A stretch of 64,000 nucleotides of DNA, taken from NCBI RefSeq assembly GCF_009914755.1, contig NC_060927.1; one strand, given 5' to 3'. Under the pieces are notes generated by a model. That model was not told the DNA's origin and did no database searches. It saw only the letters and a list, made by a program, of their open reading frames with translations. Below, one piece after another: positions 16,055 to 32,290 of the stretch. The number at the start of each line of letters is the position of its first letter. The first letter of the stretch is position 1. This DNA comes from the human T2T-CHM13v2.0 reference genome, Homo sapiens. The position numbers and the translations under genes are program-made.

Positions 16055-16595
16055 TTTACAGATTGTATTTTCCAAAGATGATCACAACAATATCATCATG
16101 CACCTTCCTAATCCAGTGGTGGAGTTTATTTCAGCATCCCCTTCAATGTGGGCAGGCCCTGACTAGTAGCATACAGAGGGAGTAAAGATGTTCAGTTCCA
16201 GGCGTAGTCCTTATCTGTCTTGGCAGCTTCTTCTTGCTTCCTGGAATACCTATTCTGCAATGCTTCCTCTCAGAACCCAGCTGTCATGTTCTGAGAAGCC
16301 CAAGCCGTGTGGAGAGGCTGTATGTGGGCATTCCAGTGACAGCCCTCACTGAGCTCCCAGCCAACTGCCAGCATCAGCTGTCAGCCATGTGAGAGCCATC
16401 TTGGATGTCCAACCCAGCTGAGCCTTCAGATGACTGTATCCCCAGCTGCATTCTGACTACAACAGCATGAGACTCCAAATGAGAACCAACCAGCTGAGCC
16501 CAGTCAAATCACAGAGCCATGAGAGATAACAATAGATTATTTTAAGCCACAAACCTTTGGGTTGCTTTGATATGCAGCAGAAAATAATTGGATTA
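16055..16595 (+). mobile_element. MaLR LTR (MLT1G/H-like) inserted in a MIR
   Basis: MLT1 motifs cagccatgtgagagccatcttggatgtc and ttaagccac...gcagcagaaaataa; MIR pieces on both sides. Confidence 0.75.
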
Positions 16596-17361
16596 GCAAA
16601 CATTGGTATGAGTTTTCATTCCCATTGGGACAGATGGGAAAGGTTGACCCATCTGTCCCATCTGGGTTTAGAAATTTCCCAGCTTCACAGAGCTGGTAGG
16701 TGGCAGATTTAGGATTTAAACCCAAGGCAGCATGACCCTGACTGCCGAGTTTCCACACATGACTTCTTTCTATGAGCTCCCAGTCTCAAAAGAGTCAACT
16801 AAAGTGAGATATGTCACACACTTCCAGTGTGGGCAAAGGGCTGGGTGCACATACAGGAGTCAGGTAACTCACCCACATTTGCCATATTGTCTTGCCACCT
16901 ATCTAGCCTCATGTAGCATCTCCCACTTCTTTGGACCTCATGCTTAAGCCTGCATGAACTTCATCCCCTCTAATCTGTCATGCCCGAGTACTTACCTGGA
17001 ACTCTCTTCTCCACCCACCCAAGGCTGGTTAACACCTCTTTATCCTTCAGTATGCAGCTAAGATGGCCCCTCCTCCAGGAAGCCTTCCCTGACTTCCCCA
17101 TCACATCCCTGACAGGGTAAGGTATCTCCCCATGGGCTCCCATAGTACCCCACTTTTATTCTATCATTAGCATTTTTCATACATATTGCCTGTTTTCTCA
17201 GTCTGGGCAAAGAACATGTACTCCTGTGCCTGACACAGGTCCTGGCACTTTGTCAGTGCTCAATAAATATTGCCATGGGGATTGCTCATCACTCACAGAA
17301 GGCTTCTCAGAGGCCGTAACATTTTGGCTGGACTTTGTGAGACTGGCGGGCATTTGCCAGG

Positions 17362-17535
17362 TTAGCAGTTTTCAACCAGGGTCATATACGCATCGAAATC
17401 ACCCGCGCAACTCTTCCCAAACATGGATGTCCAGCCCCGCCTGAGCACACTGAATCAGAATCTCCAAGGCTGAGCCTGGGCAGGTATAGTTTTCATAGGT
17501 TTCACAGGTGATTGCAAATGACAGCATGGGCTAAG
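17362..17535. mobile_element. MER5-family hAT-Charlie fossil
   Basis: cagttttcaacc...ctgaatcagaatctcc...caggtgatt motifs. Confidence 0.65.
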
Positions 17536-19161
17536 GAAAGATAAAAAAGAGATCTCATTATCATCATCATACTCATCATCTTACTGTCAGCAACAGTTCT
17601 CAGCATTTGACATATCTTAACCCCTTTGATCCTCACAGTGTTCATTGTCTACATAAAGCACAAATCCTAAGGTGGGCATCCACAGTCCTGTGGTATCTCT
17701 CCAGCCAAGGTCCCCAGCCCTTTTCCCCAAGTCCCCACACTCCAGCCACGCCAAAGGACTGGGAATTCCTGGAATCCGTGGTGCGGTTTCATGCCTCCTT
17801 TCTTGACATATGTCATTCCCTCTTTTGCCCACCCCATAAATTTTTAATCGCCCTTCAAGACCTAGTTCCAAGCACATATTCTTTTTTGAAACTTTCTCCT
17901 CCCAGTTCAAGACAAGCTGGTTACTCCCAGCTTTGGGCCATCCCTTACAGGGATGCTACAGCTCTGCATTAATCCCACAAATATAAACTGAGTACTACTT
18001 TGGGCCAGGCACTCTGCTAAATACTGGACACAAACAGGGAGCCGTCTAACCCAGACCTCGACTCCTCCCAACAGAGATGACAGAGATGACGACCACAGCC
18101 TCCTCGGTTATCTGACTCTATTTCCCTGTGTTGCTATGGTTACAAACTCCCTGGGGGAGGGAGTTCCTCTTCTGGGAAGTGTTCAGTCAGGCATGTGGAA
18201 GGCTCTCCGTAACATTTGCTGAGTGAGGGTTGTGAGCAAATAACAAGGTGAATCCTCCTCTCCTCCCTTCCTCTCTCAGTAAAACTTTTCCCCAGCAGCT
18301 CTCAAAATTCCTTGGATTACCTAAATCCAAGAAATCTTTTATTTCACCCTTGAAGATGGTCTTTGATGCTTATGGTTATGGAAATGGCAACGTACAGGAG
18401 TCCCTCAGCCCTCAGATAATGAAGCCTCATTGTTCGATACATAAGGACTTAGGAAAAATGATAAAATAGGTAACATTTACTACTATGAGCCAGATGCTAC
18501 TCTAGACCGTTTCCATATGTCTTATCCCATTTAGATCTCGCAGTTACCCTGAGGGGTCATTTCTATTGTTGTTCCTCTTTACAGAGAAGGAAATGGAGGC
18601 TGAGAGAGGCTTGCCCAAGGTTGCACATCTAGCAAGTGATGGAACTAAGGGCCAAACCCAGGCAGTTTGGTTCCAGAGTCCTGCCTCTCAGCCACACAGC
18701 CAGGCAGCACAAAGACAAAGGTTTCAGGGTCCCACCTGGCGCTAAAGACCAGGTATCCTGGCTGGCCCCGCTGTGGTGAGTACATGCCGCTCTCCCTCTG
18801 CTGGGCCTCAGCCACTCTCTTCTGCTCTGCCTCTCCTTATTTCCTCTCATGGCCCAACCAGCCTCCTGGCTTCCACCTTCTCTCTATGTCCCAATTGCTA
18901 AACCCCTCTCAATGCCTCACATTCAAACTCCGCAGGACAGAGGATCATCAGTGGAGCTCCCACTCTTACTAGGCAAAGTTCCCTTATAAGGCCACTCCAA
19001 ACACTACTGGCCAACCCACTGATGGGCTGCCCTTGGCTCAGGAGCCAGCCTGATGCAATAAATTTCCAATGGATATAAGGCAGCTGATTGGTGATTCTCA
19101 GAAGGACCTGAGAGTTTGACTGGTTTACGGAACCTAATAAACTTTTTAAAAATTCACTGGA

Positions 19162-19496
<335 letters not shown>

Positions 19497-19564
19497 TCAC
19501 TGGAAAAGGATTTTAAAGGCTGATATTGGAAGAGTTTCATGGACACCTGATGCCTTTGTCTGCC

Positions 19565-19936
19565 TGGCATAGCTCAGACTTCCTAACAAAATGCCATGGC
19601 CAGGTGGCTTAAACACCAGAAATTTATTTTCTCAGAGTTCTAGAGTCTGGGGAGTACAAGATCAAGGTGCTGATCGATTTGGTTCCTGTTGAGGGCTCTC
19701 TTCCTAGCTTGCAGAAAGCTACCTTCTCGTTGTATTCTCACATGGTGGAGAGAATGCCAGCAGGTTCTCTGGTGTCTTTTTTATAAGGACACCAATCCCC
19801 CCCTGAGGGCCCCACCCTCATGATCTCACCTAAGTCTAACTATTGCCCACAGGCCCCATCTCCAAATGTCATCACATTGGGCGTTAAGTCTTCAACTTTT
19901 AAATGATGGGGGGACACAAACATTCAGTGCATAACA
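19565..19936 (-). mobile_element. MaLR LTR (MLT1A-like)
   Basis: gtggcttaaacaccagaaatttattttctc...aacattcagtgcataaca. Confidence 0.8.
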
Positions 19937-20167
19937 CTGCCTAATATTCACTCCGCTTTCTGATACTCGCACCCTGGTTTTCCTTTTGGGAACCACCCCT
20001 TCCTCACTCAGCTCCTGTGGTTCTACTGGGCTGAACCTATCCCACCCCCAGCTTCATGGGTAGGTAGAACTTGACCTGGCCACCAAAAATGTTCCACTCC
20101 TCTGGCCATAGTAATTCGTTGAAAGATGGAACCATGACCCATATTTGGACTAATGAGAGATAGTGCC

Positions 20168-20554
20168 TATTATGGACTGAATTGTGTGTCCTCCCTGCCC
20201 CAAATACATAGGTGGCAGCCTTACCCCCAAGTGTGACTGTATTTGGAGATGGACTCTTTGGGGAGATAATATGGTTAAATGAGGTCATAAGAGTGGGGCC
20301 AGAATCCAATAGGACTGGTGTCCCTTTAGGAAGAGACACCAGAGATCTCTCTCTCTCTTTCCATGTACACAGAGAAAAGGCCATGTGTGGACACAGCAAG
20401 AAGGTGGCCATCTAAAGTCATGAAGAGAGGCCTCACCAGAAACCAGCCCTGATGGCAACTGGATTTTGAACTTCTAGTCTCCAGAATTGTGAGAAGTGAA
20501 TTCTTGTTGAGAAGCCACCCAGTATGTGATATTTTGTTATGGCAGCCTAAGACA
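20168..20554 (+). mobile_element. MaLR LTR (MLT1A-like) nested in an older MLT1J/K-like LTR (about 19940-21300)
   Basis: Full LTR with approximate TSD gtgcc/gtacc; flanks resemble older MLT1. Confidence 0.8.
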
Positions 20555-20789
20555 GTACCAGAGCCACTGGAAAAGACAGGCTGAAATAACGAAGGCAGGA
20601 TTATTGTGTAAGCCTGAGCTGTCAGAGCTCATGAGAGGGCCTGCCTGAAAAGCCAACACAGAGCAGAGTGAAGCCAGGAGATGGAGGTCCTGACTGTGCC
20701 TGAGGAGCACCTGGATCCAGCCATGCCTGAAGTGGGTGTATACCTCTGCATATCACAGTTACTCAAGCCAATGAATTATTTTGTTTTGC

Positions 20790-21234
<445 letters not shown>

Positions 21235-21842
21235 GAATGAACTCTTCTTTTTGCTTGATTTTAGTTTGTCTCATCAAAAGCACTGTGACTAATACAGAGT
21301 CAACTCTAATTTTATTACTTTTTTCATTATATCTGATCAGATATAACATCATAAACACACTGGTGAAGAAGAGTTATAGTCAGAGTACCACTCGAATTGA
21401 AGCTTTAAACTGTCAATAAGCCACCTGCAATCCCTCGGTGTAGAGAAAAGGAGAACTTGGACATCTTGATTTCTCACCAGGTATTCAGAGGTCACCTACC
21501 TGGTTGGTTCCCTCTTAGAGTGTGACATCTTTAAAGTGGGCTATGAAGCCCTTTGCCTAAGACCTTGCTTTCCCAAGGGGCAGCTATTCACATCTAGCAG
21601 ACAACACACTAGTGTAGACATCTCAGTGCACTTGGCAAGCCTCTGAAGCCTCTTCTTGTAAGTCAGGCCAGCAATGGCCCTTGCACTGGCAAGCATCTTG
21701 CTCAAGCTCTTAAGTGATCATAATAAAGTGATTAACACAGAGTGCCCAGCACAGTGATTACTTCTGATTAGAGGTGGGTGGTGCATTAGTCAACACCAGG
21801 CAGAAAAGCCCAGCAATGTTTCTGAGCAGACTCAGGAAGAGA

Positions 21843-22062
21843 TAGTTGTTCTCAAACTTGAGTATGCATCAGAATCACAGAATGATGGTGAAGGGGGGTG
21901 GGGAGTGAGGGTGGGGTTGGGAAGACTTGTTAAGACACACACTGCTGAGCCCTACCCCTAGAGTTTCTGATTCAGCAGGTCAGAGTGGGCCCCTAGAATC
22001 TGCATTTCTCACAAGTTCGCAGGTACTGCTGGTTGGGGGGCTATACACTGAAAATCACTGTT
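21843..22062. mobile_element. MER5A
   Basis: ttctcaaacttgagtatgcatcagaatcac...agtttctgattcagcaggtc...gaatctgcatttct; a second partial copy lies at about 22511-22590. Confidence 0.8.
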
Positions 22063-22550
22063 AGAAGACTGCTGAATTGGACAAAGGCCCCTCAAAGGAG
22101 AAATGATCCAGCACTTGGTTTTTCTGCTTCCCTGAAACCCTCATCTCAACAAAGATGCCCTGTTATCTCCACTGTGGGTCCTGAAGCCTTAGACAAGTAC
22201 AGAAGTGAAATGTACATCTACATAAAAAAATGATACACAGTACTAACTTCATGCCTGTGGGTATAGAGCCAGAAATGTCACAGCACACCTGCATATCTAT
22301 CACATTGTCACAGCAGCCCCTAGATGCAATTATTCCTGAATTACAGAGAAACAAATGGAGGTACCAGGCAGCTGTGACTGTTGTCTACAGAGAAGACACA
22401 CGTGGAAGGCAATTTTTCTTGGTCATGAAAATTGTCAAATGTACATAAAGGTGAAATAAATAGTGTAATAAATCCCCAAATGTTTCAACTGCAGTGGACT
22501 CTGGCAATGACAGTGGTTCTCAAATTTGAGTGTGCATCAGAATCACCTAA

Positions 22551-23272
<722 letters not shown>

Positions 23273-23339
23273 TCTTCATTTTTAAAACAACCCAAAAGGG
23301 ATACAGAATAGAATGTCACTTGGATAGCTGTTTGACAGC

Positions 23340-23890
23340 TTTTTCTTTTTCTTGTCTTTTTTTTTTTTTTTAATTGAGACAAGGTCTTGCTCTGTGGCCC
23401 AGGCTGGAGTGCAATGCCACTGTCATGGCTCACTGCAGCCTCAACCTCCTGGGCTCCAAGGCTCCTCCAGACTCAGCCTCCTGAACAGGCATGTGCCACT
23501 GCACCCAGCTAATTTATTTATTTATTTATTTTTATTTTTATTTTTATTTTGAGACAGAGTCTCGCTCTGTCGCCCAGGCTCGAATGCAGTGGCGCAAGCT
23601 CTGCTCACTGCAAGCTCCGCCTCCCGGGTTCACGCCATTCTCAGCATCCCGAGTAGCTGTGACTGCAGGCGCCCGCCACCACGCCCAGCTAATTTTTTGT
23701 ATTTTTAGTAGAGACGGGGTTTCACCGTGTTAGCCAGAATGGTCTCGATCTCCTGACCTCGTGATCCGCCCGCCTCGGCCTCCCAAAGTGCTGGAATTAC
23801 AGGCGTGAGCCACCGCGCCCGGCCCAGCTAATTTATTTTTATTTTTTGTTTTTTGTAGAAATGAGGTCTGGCCATGTTCCCCAGGCTGAC
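23340..23890 (-). mobile_element. AluJ with an AluY (23520-23824) nested in its mid A-rich linker
   Basis: TSD cagctaatttattt at 23506-23519 and 23825-23838; AluY diagnostics inside. Confidence 0.9.
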
Positions 23891-23899
23891 AGCTTCTAA

Positions 23900-24520
23900 C
23901 AGAAGCAAACATATGCTCCCCTTGTAACCAGTGCGTTCACTTGCAGATATTTGTCCCAGAGAAATGAGAGTTTGTATCCACCAAAAAAACGTGTACCATA
24001 ATAGTGACTATAGCCAGAAAAGAGATGAGGGAGGGGGGAAAGGCCGGAAGGAGGGAAGGAGGCAGGCAAGCAGGTAGGAAGGAAGCAAGCTTGGTGTCCA
24101 TCAACTGGGTAAACGTTTAAAAAATACGGTATCTTTGCACAGTGGAGTACTACTCAGCAATAAAAAGGAAGGAACTGATATGAACTACTTATATTCCCAA
24201 CAGGATGGATCTTCTAATTTGTTATGTTGAAGGAGAATATTCTGTATTACTTCAAGTTTATGAAGTCCAAGAACAGGCAAAATGAACCTACAGTGACAGA
24301 AAGCAGAATACACTGTAGTGGTTGCCTGAGGCTGGATAAGGATGGGGCCAGGGAAGGAAGGTAGGTCAGGAAGGCCCACCACGGAACTTTCTGGGGTGAT
24401 GGGCACGTTCTATTTGTTGATCTGGGCGACGGTTACACAGGTGTACACATATATAAAAATTAGTGGAGCTGAACACGTAAGGTCTGGGCATCACACTTTA
24501 TGTAAGTTAAACTTCAGTAA
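23900..24520 (+). mobile_element. Old L1M 3' fragment abutting the CMTM7 promoter
   Basis: tactactcagcaataaaaaggaa and gtggttgcctgaggctgg L1M 3' UTR motifs. Confidence 0.75.
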
Positions 24521-24539
24521 AGTGCTCTCAGCACACATC

Positions 24540-25660
24540 CGCAGCCGCACCCACACAAAATCCCAGGAGGCTCAGTACCAGCTGTGGTCCGGGCCTTGCC
24601 CACCTCGGAGAGGCCACGACCCAAGGCATCCGGTTTCCTCTCGCTCCAGTCTAACTTCCGCGCATCTACGAGGGCCGGGACTGCCGCTACCTTTCTGGAA
24701 GGCGCCGGCCGGCCAGTCACCGGAGGGATCCCGCCAGAGGCGGCTCCGCGTCTCCAGCAGCGGGGCAGGGACCCGGGCGCCCCGCCCTCGCCAGCGCCCG
24801 CCCCCGCCCGCCCCCGGCCCGCCCTCTGTATCTGGCCCCTGGGCAGCTGCCCGGGGAGGCGGCCAGCGAGCTGGGGCCGCGCAATGTCGCACGGAGCCGG
24901 GCTCGTCCGCACCACGTGCAGCAGCGGCAGCGCGCTCGGACCCGGGGCCGGCGCGGCCCAGCCCAGCGCGAGCCCCTTGGAGGGGCTGCTGGACCTCAGC
25001 TACCCCCGCACCCACGCGGCCCTGCTGAAAGTGGCGCAAATGGTAAGTGAGCGCGGGGCGCGAGGCCGAGGTTCTACAGGGCGTCCCGGGAAAGCAGGGG
25101 TCCGGGAGCGGACGCGCCGGGCGTCTGGACCCGGCCGGAGCCCAGGGAGCATCGCGCAGCGGGCGGGGCACCGCGTCGCTAAAGTTCGCGGCAGGCTTCC
25201 TCCGGGAAAGTTGCTGCCGCAGCCCCCGCGCTGGAGCTCAGTCCCCAGAGCCGCCCCGGCCCTTGCTCCCGCGGACCCAGGTCGCCAGGGTCGCAAGTTT
25301 CTCCGGCCACCCCCCTGCGAAGCCTGACCCGCCTACTGACTGAAACCACGGGCAAAGTTCCTTTTCGTCTTTCTTCCTCTTCTCTGGGCCGCGCCGCTTC
25401 GAACCCGAGCCGGGGGTGGAAGAGTCGCCCAGGCGGCGGCGCTGAGGGAGCGAAACCCGACCTCTTCCCCGTCCACGGCCTCCTCTTTCCTCCGAACCCA
25501 GCGCGGCAGGGCTTCCCTGCTCTGTGTGCAGTTTCGCTCGAAGGAGGAGGTCAGAGGGTCTTGCGTTCCATAGTGGGGAAAAAGAACTGGGACCGTTGAG
25601 ACGGCCGTCCTGGTCCCCTGCGCCCTCAAGTTCCGAGGGAGGGCCCGGGTCTCAGGGGGC
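24540..25660 (+). promoter_or_regulatory. CMTM7: CpG island / TATA-less promoter of CMTM7
   Basis: Very high GC and CpG density; tandem GC boxes (cccgccc) at 24781-24825; ETS core ACTTCCG at 24654-24660; contains exon 1. Confidence 0.92.
24884..25042 (+). CDS. CMTM7: CMTM7 first coding exon (53 codons): [53 protein letters not shown]
   Basis: ATG at 24884 inside a CpG island; consensus donor ATG|gtaagt at 25042/25043; [14 protein letters not shown] is the MARVEL-domain start; peptide recognised as the CMTM7 N-terminus. Confidence 0.95.
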
Positions 25661-26571
25661 TCTGGAGGGCAGGGGGTCAGTTGGGAAAGGCCTGTTGTCA
25701 GGGGCTGGTACTCATGTAGGGGAGCCAGACTGTTGAATGGGAGTCACCCGTGGAGCCAGGCAGGATGAGTGTCTGGGCTTGGATTGTGACCAACTCAGCA
25801 CAAGGGCCTCCTACCAGGGCAGACGTTGCCTGGCCGATTCTCTTGTTCCCCACTCTTTTCTTTTCTCCCCTCCCGTTTTTTTCTTCTTTAAAAGTTTGTA
25901 ATCTGAAACAACTTTTCCGTTTGTATGATGTGTTTTGAAACTGGGTTGGGCTGTTTGTGAGTCTCCACCATTGTAATGTTTGCACCAAGAACGGTGGGGA
26001 GGGGAGCGGTAAGTTTCAAAAAGAGGTGTGGGGAAAGGAGTGTGGGGCTGGACAAGGTCACACACCCAGAAGCTGGGGCCTGCTAAGGTGGCCTGGCCCC
26101 AGGGGGTTGGGCACAGGACGTCTGTGCATCTATAGCACTGCCATTCCAGACACTGAGTGTGCATGAGGTGGCCCTCATGTCTTGCTTGGGCCAGACCTAA
26201 AGAGAAGGGGCGCTGAGTTCCTGCCTCCCTAAGAACGGTGTCTAGATAGACCAAAAACTAGGAAGAGCCATTTCAGCAACGTACAAAAAAATCTGGTGCT
26301 GAGCATTGTTGGGTTTGAGCAGGGCATTTTTTGGCCCAGGCTAAGAGATTTGATCAGCCAAATAGAAGAGACCAGCCCATCTCACCATCCTTAAAAGATG
26401 GGCTGGGGTGAGACATATCCTACCTGAGCATTGGAAGGGATGAGTTTGGTAGACAGAGAATGGGATCAGAAGCCTCCATCTTGGCCCCTGAGTTTGCTGG
26501 ACAAAGATATTGTGGGATGAAAAGTCTTCTTGTTGGTCTATGAGTTTGGTACACAAACATAATGGAGATGA

Positions 26572-26770
26572 AACCTCGGCAACATAGCGAGACCCCATCT
26601 CTACAAAAAAAATTTTAAAACCTTGTGTGGTTGGCATGGGCCTCTAGTCCCAGTTACTTGGGAGGCTGAGGTGAGAGGATTGATTGAACTGAGAAGGTCA
26701 GTGAACTGTGCCACTGCACTAGTCTGCGTGACGGAGGGAGGCCTGTCTCAAAAAAAAAAAAAAAAAAAAG
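26572..26770 (+). mobile_element. 5'-truncated AluJ
   Basis: Partial Alu with A tail; TSD taatggagatga at 26560-26571 and 26785-26796. Confidence 0.85.
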
Positions 26771-27653
26771 GTACAAAGAAAAGGTAATGGAGATGAGAAG
26801 CCTTCATGTGGTCCATGATTTTGATGAATAAAGATACTGGGAGATGAGAAATCTCCATCTCATCTTAAGCTCCTCAGCTAGCCTCTGGCCTGTGGTCCTT
26901 GGGCCAATTTGCAAGTGGCAAGAGTGGGGCCTGTTGTTCCAAAAAAGAGAACAAAGACTTGAATAATTTCTTTATCTGGTTGCTTATTCTCTATGTGCTC
27001 CTCTTAAAACCATGCTGAGGAGTCTTACACCTGCCCTGGAGGATTCCCCATCACTGCTGCAGGCTTGTTTGATCAGACCCTCTGGGAGCAAAGTTGCCCT
27101 TGCAGGATGGCTGTATTAGTCCTAGTTAGGGCTATCTACTTGGGCCTCTTATCTAACTCCTCCCTATTTTCCCACTTCTCCTCTTTTCTAAGACTCTGCT
27201 TGGGCATTTGAGGTTCATTTGTCTTCTTTGCTGGAAAATGCTTGTTTAGCCAAGTTTTAACATTGGGGAAGGGCAGAAGCAGCTAAATTAATGCCACCCA
27301 TTGGGGCTTTCTTTCTATGGGTCTCTCATTTTGACCATCAGTTTCTCAGTTTCATACTGAACAGGTTGACCCTTTTGTCCTCAGCTTCTCATGAAATGTT
27401 TTCATCATGATCTGATCAATAGATCTGCCAACACGTTGTCTTAAGAAATCATTGCAAAGGCTGTTCCACTGGAGAATGACTTCCCTTGTCTTGGCCTCTT
27501 CTGGGTCCACCATTACTAGAAAATGAGTTTCTGAGTGAATGTGTGTACTTGACATGTCATTTATACATGTGTAATTTTTATAATCCTCTGGCCATGATAA
27601 TTCAGTTTCTTTGGTCTTCCTTTTTGGAGTAGAGACACAGTCACAGGTTTTGA

Positions 27654-28278
<625 letters not shown>

Positions 28279-28544
28279 ATGAGACTCTTTTTTTTAATAG
28301 CTATTTTTTTTTAGCCCTATTATTGTTCTAGTAATTACATACTATATACCATGTGTGTATAATCTCATTAAATGTTTCTAAGAATCCAGTGAAGTAACAT
28401 GTTTGATAGATAAGGAAACGGGCTAAAGAGTTAAAGAGACACTAAAGTCACACAGCTCTTAGCAGTAGTGGTGGAACCGATCCAGGCCTAATGGCCTGAT
28501 CTCCAAAACTCATAACTCTGGCAGAGTTGTTGCTTGTTAATAGT

Positions 28545-29580
<1,036 letters not shown>

Positions 29581-30004
29581 ACTGGTTGGTATGTAATTAT
29601 GTAAATAGACCTGTGGATGAGTGTGAGGGGGCAAGGTGCTCTGCATGCAGCCACTGGGTGTGGGGAGGCTACAGCTACACTTCAGGAAATCCCTGTGGTG
29701 TTCCCACCACATCCACTCCTAGAAGAAGGAGTGTCCCCTGCAGGAGTCACAAAAGCTGGGCTGAAAGGCATCCCCTGAGTGCCTGAAGGGTCTGAGCTGA
29801 AAGGGATGCCCTGGGGTCTGAAGGGGTCTAGATATCCTTGCTGTGGGATTAAGGAGACCCCAGGATGGGGCTTGTGGCCCTACCAACACGTCCTATCTAT
29901 TTGTTCATTCAGCAGACATTTATAACTGCCACATTCATCTCCATTTGTGCAGAATCAGATGACTGTGACAAAGTTCTTGCCCTCAAGTAATCTGTGGTTC
30001 AGCT

Positions 30005-30860
<856 letters not shown>

Positions 30861-31659
30861 AGCTGAGGGGATGAACAAGTACCAAAATTGGCTGCTCAGG
30901 AAGGTAAACGTTCTGATAGTTGCCCACCTTATGGAAGAGGATCAGAGGGCAAAGGTGATATTTAAATTGCATCTTGACAGATGAGTGTAAGTTTTCAGGT
31001 TGGGAGTGGCTCATTTACCCCTTTGGTGCCTTTATTCAATATATGTTTAAGTTAGAGATAAGTGGTATGTTAGGGTTGGGAAGGAAAAAGATGTAGCAAG
31101 AAATGAGCCAGAATTGGGGTAATTATCTTAATCTTCCCACCCCAGACATTTAGAAATGGGTGCCATCTTATCCACTGAGCATCTGCTATGCTGTTAATCT
31201 TACGCTATGTGAAATACAGCTATTAACAGGATAGACTCTTTCTGCCTGTGCAGAAAAACAGACTGTGACATTTACATAACCATAACATGGACAGAGAATC
31301 AGAATGTATTTCACAAGCGGCAATGATGGAAATCTAAATATCTTCTGGGAGGTTCATTTATTTATTTGGCAAATATTTGTTGATCACCTACTGTGATCAG
31401 CTAACTAGTAGGTGATCACGACTGTGTGCTAGGGAACTGTGGAAAGAAGACAGATGAGCCCCTGCCTCTTTATACTCAAATAGAGAAAATAAACATTAAT
31501 CAAAATGGTTATGAATATGTAATTACAAACAGGTTCGAAATTATGAAGGAGAAGTACTCAGTGGTATAGAGCATATACTAGGGAGTGTGACCTTTTGGGG
31601 ATTAGGAAGGGTGTTTCTGAGGAAGGGACATCTGATGTGAGCATGAGGAAATTGCATCA

Positions 31660-31985
<326 letters not shown>

Positions 31986-32177
31986 ACGGACCCTGGCTGT
32001 TAGTGGAGGGAGGAGTATCTCTAGGGCTGGAGGGGAGAGAACAGGGTGGGAGTATTGGGGATGAGACTGGAGGTATGCAGGGACCAGACTCCAGGGTCTG
32101 CCAAATCTTGGTGAATATATAGTCCTTAGTCTAAGAAAAATCAGCAAAGCATCATATCAACTCACCATTCATGAGGT

Positions 32178-32290
32178 GACTCTTAACTAGGGGCTGTACC
32201 GCCCCCTAGGGGTTATTTTGGAATTTTATGGAACCTTTTGTTTTTTTTTTTTTTTGGTTGTCACAGGGATTAGGGTTATATTACATATAC
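32178..32290 (+). mobile_element. MER20-family fragment
   Basis: tcttaactagggg...gccccctaggggttattttgg...ttggttgtcaca resembles the MER20 5' end. Confidence 0.6.

Noticed and set aside
24342-25343. Long overlapping ORFs (228, 199, 247 and 133 aa) at the CMTM7 promoter
   Set aside because: Stop-codon scarcity in GC-rich DNA. Only 24884-25042 has a recognisable protein and a consensus donor.
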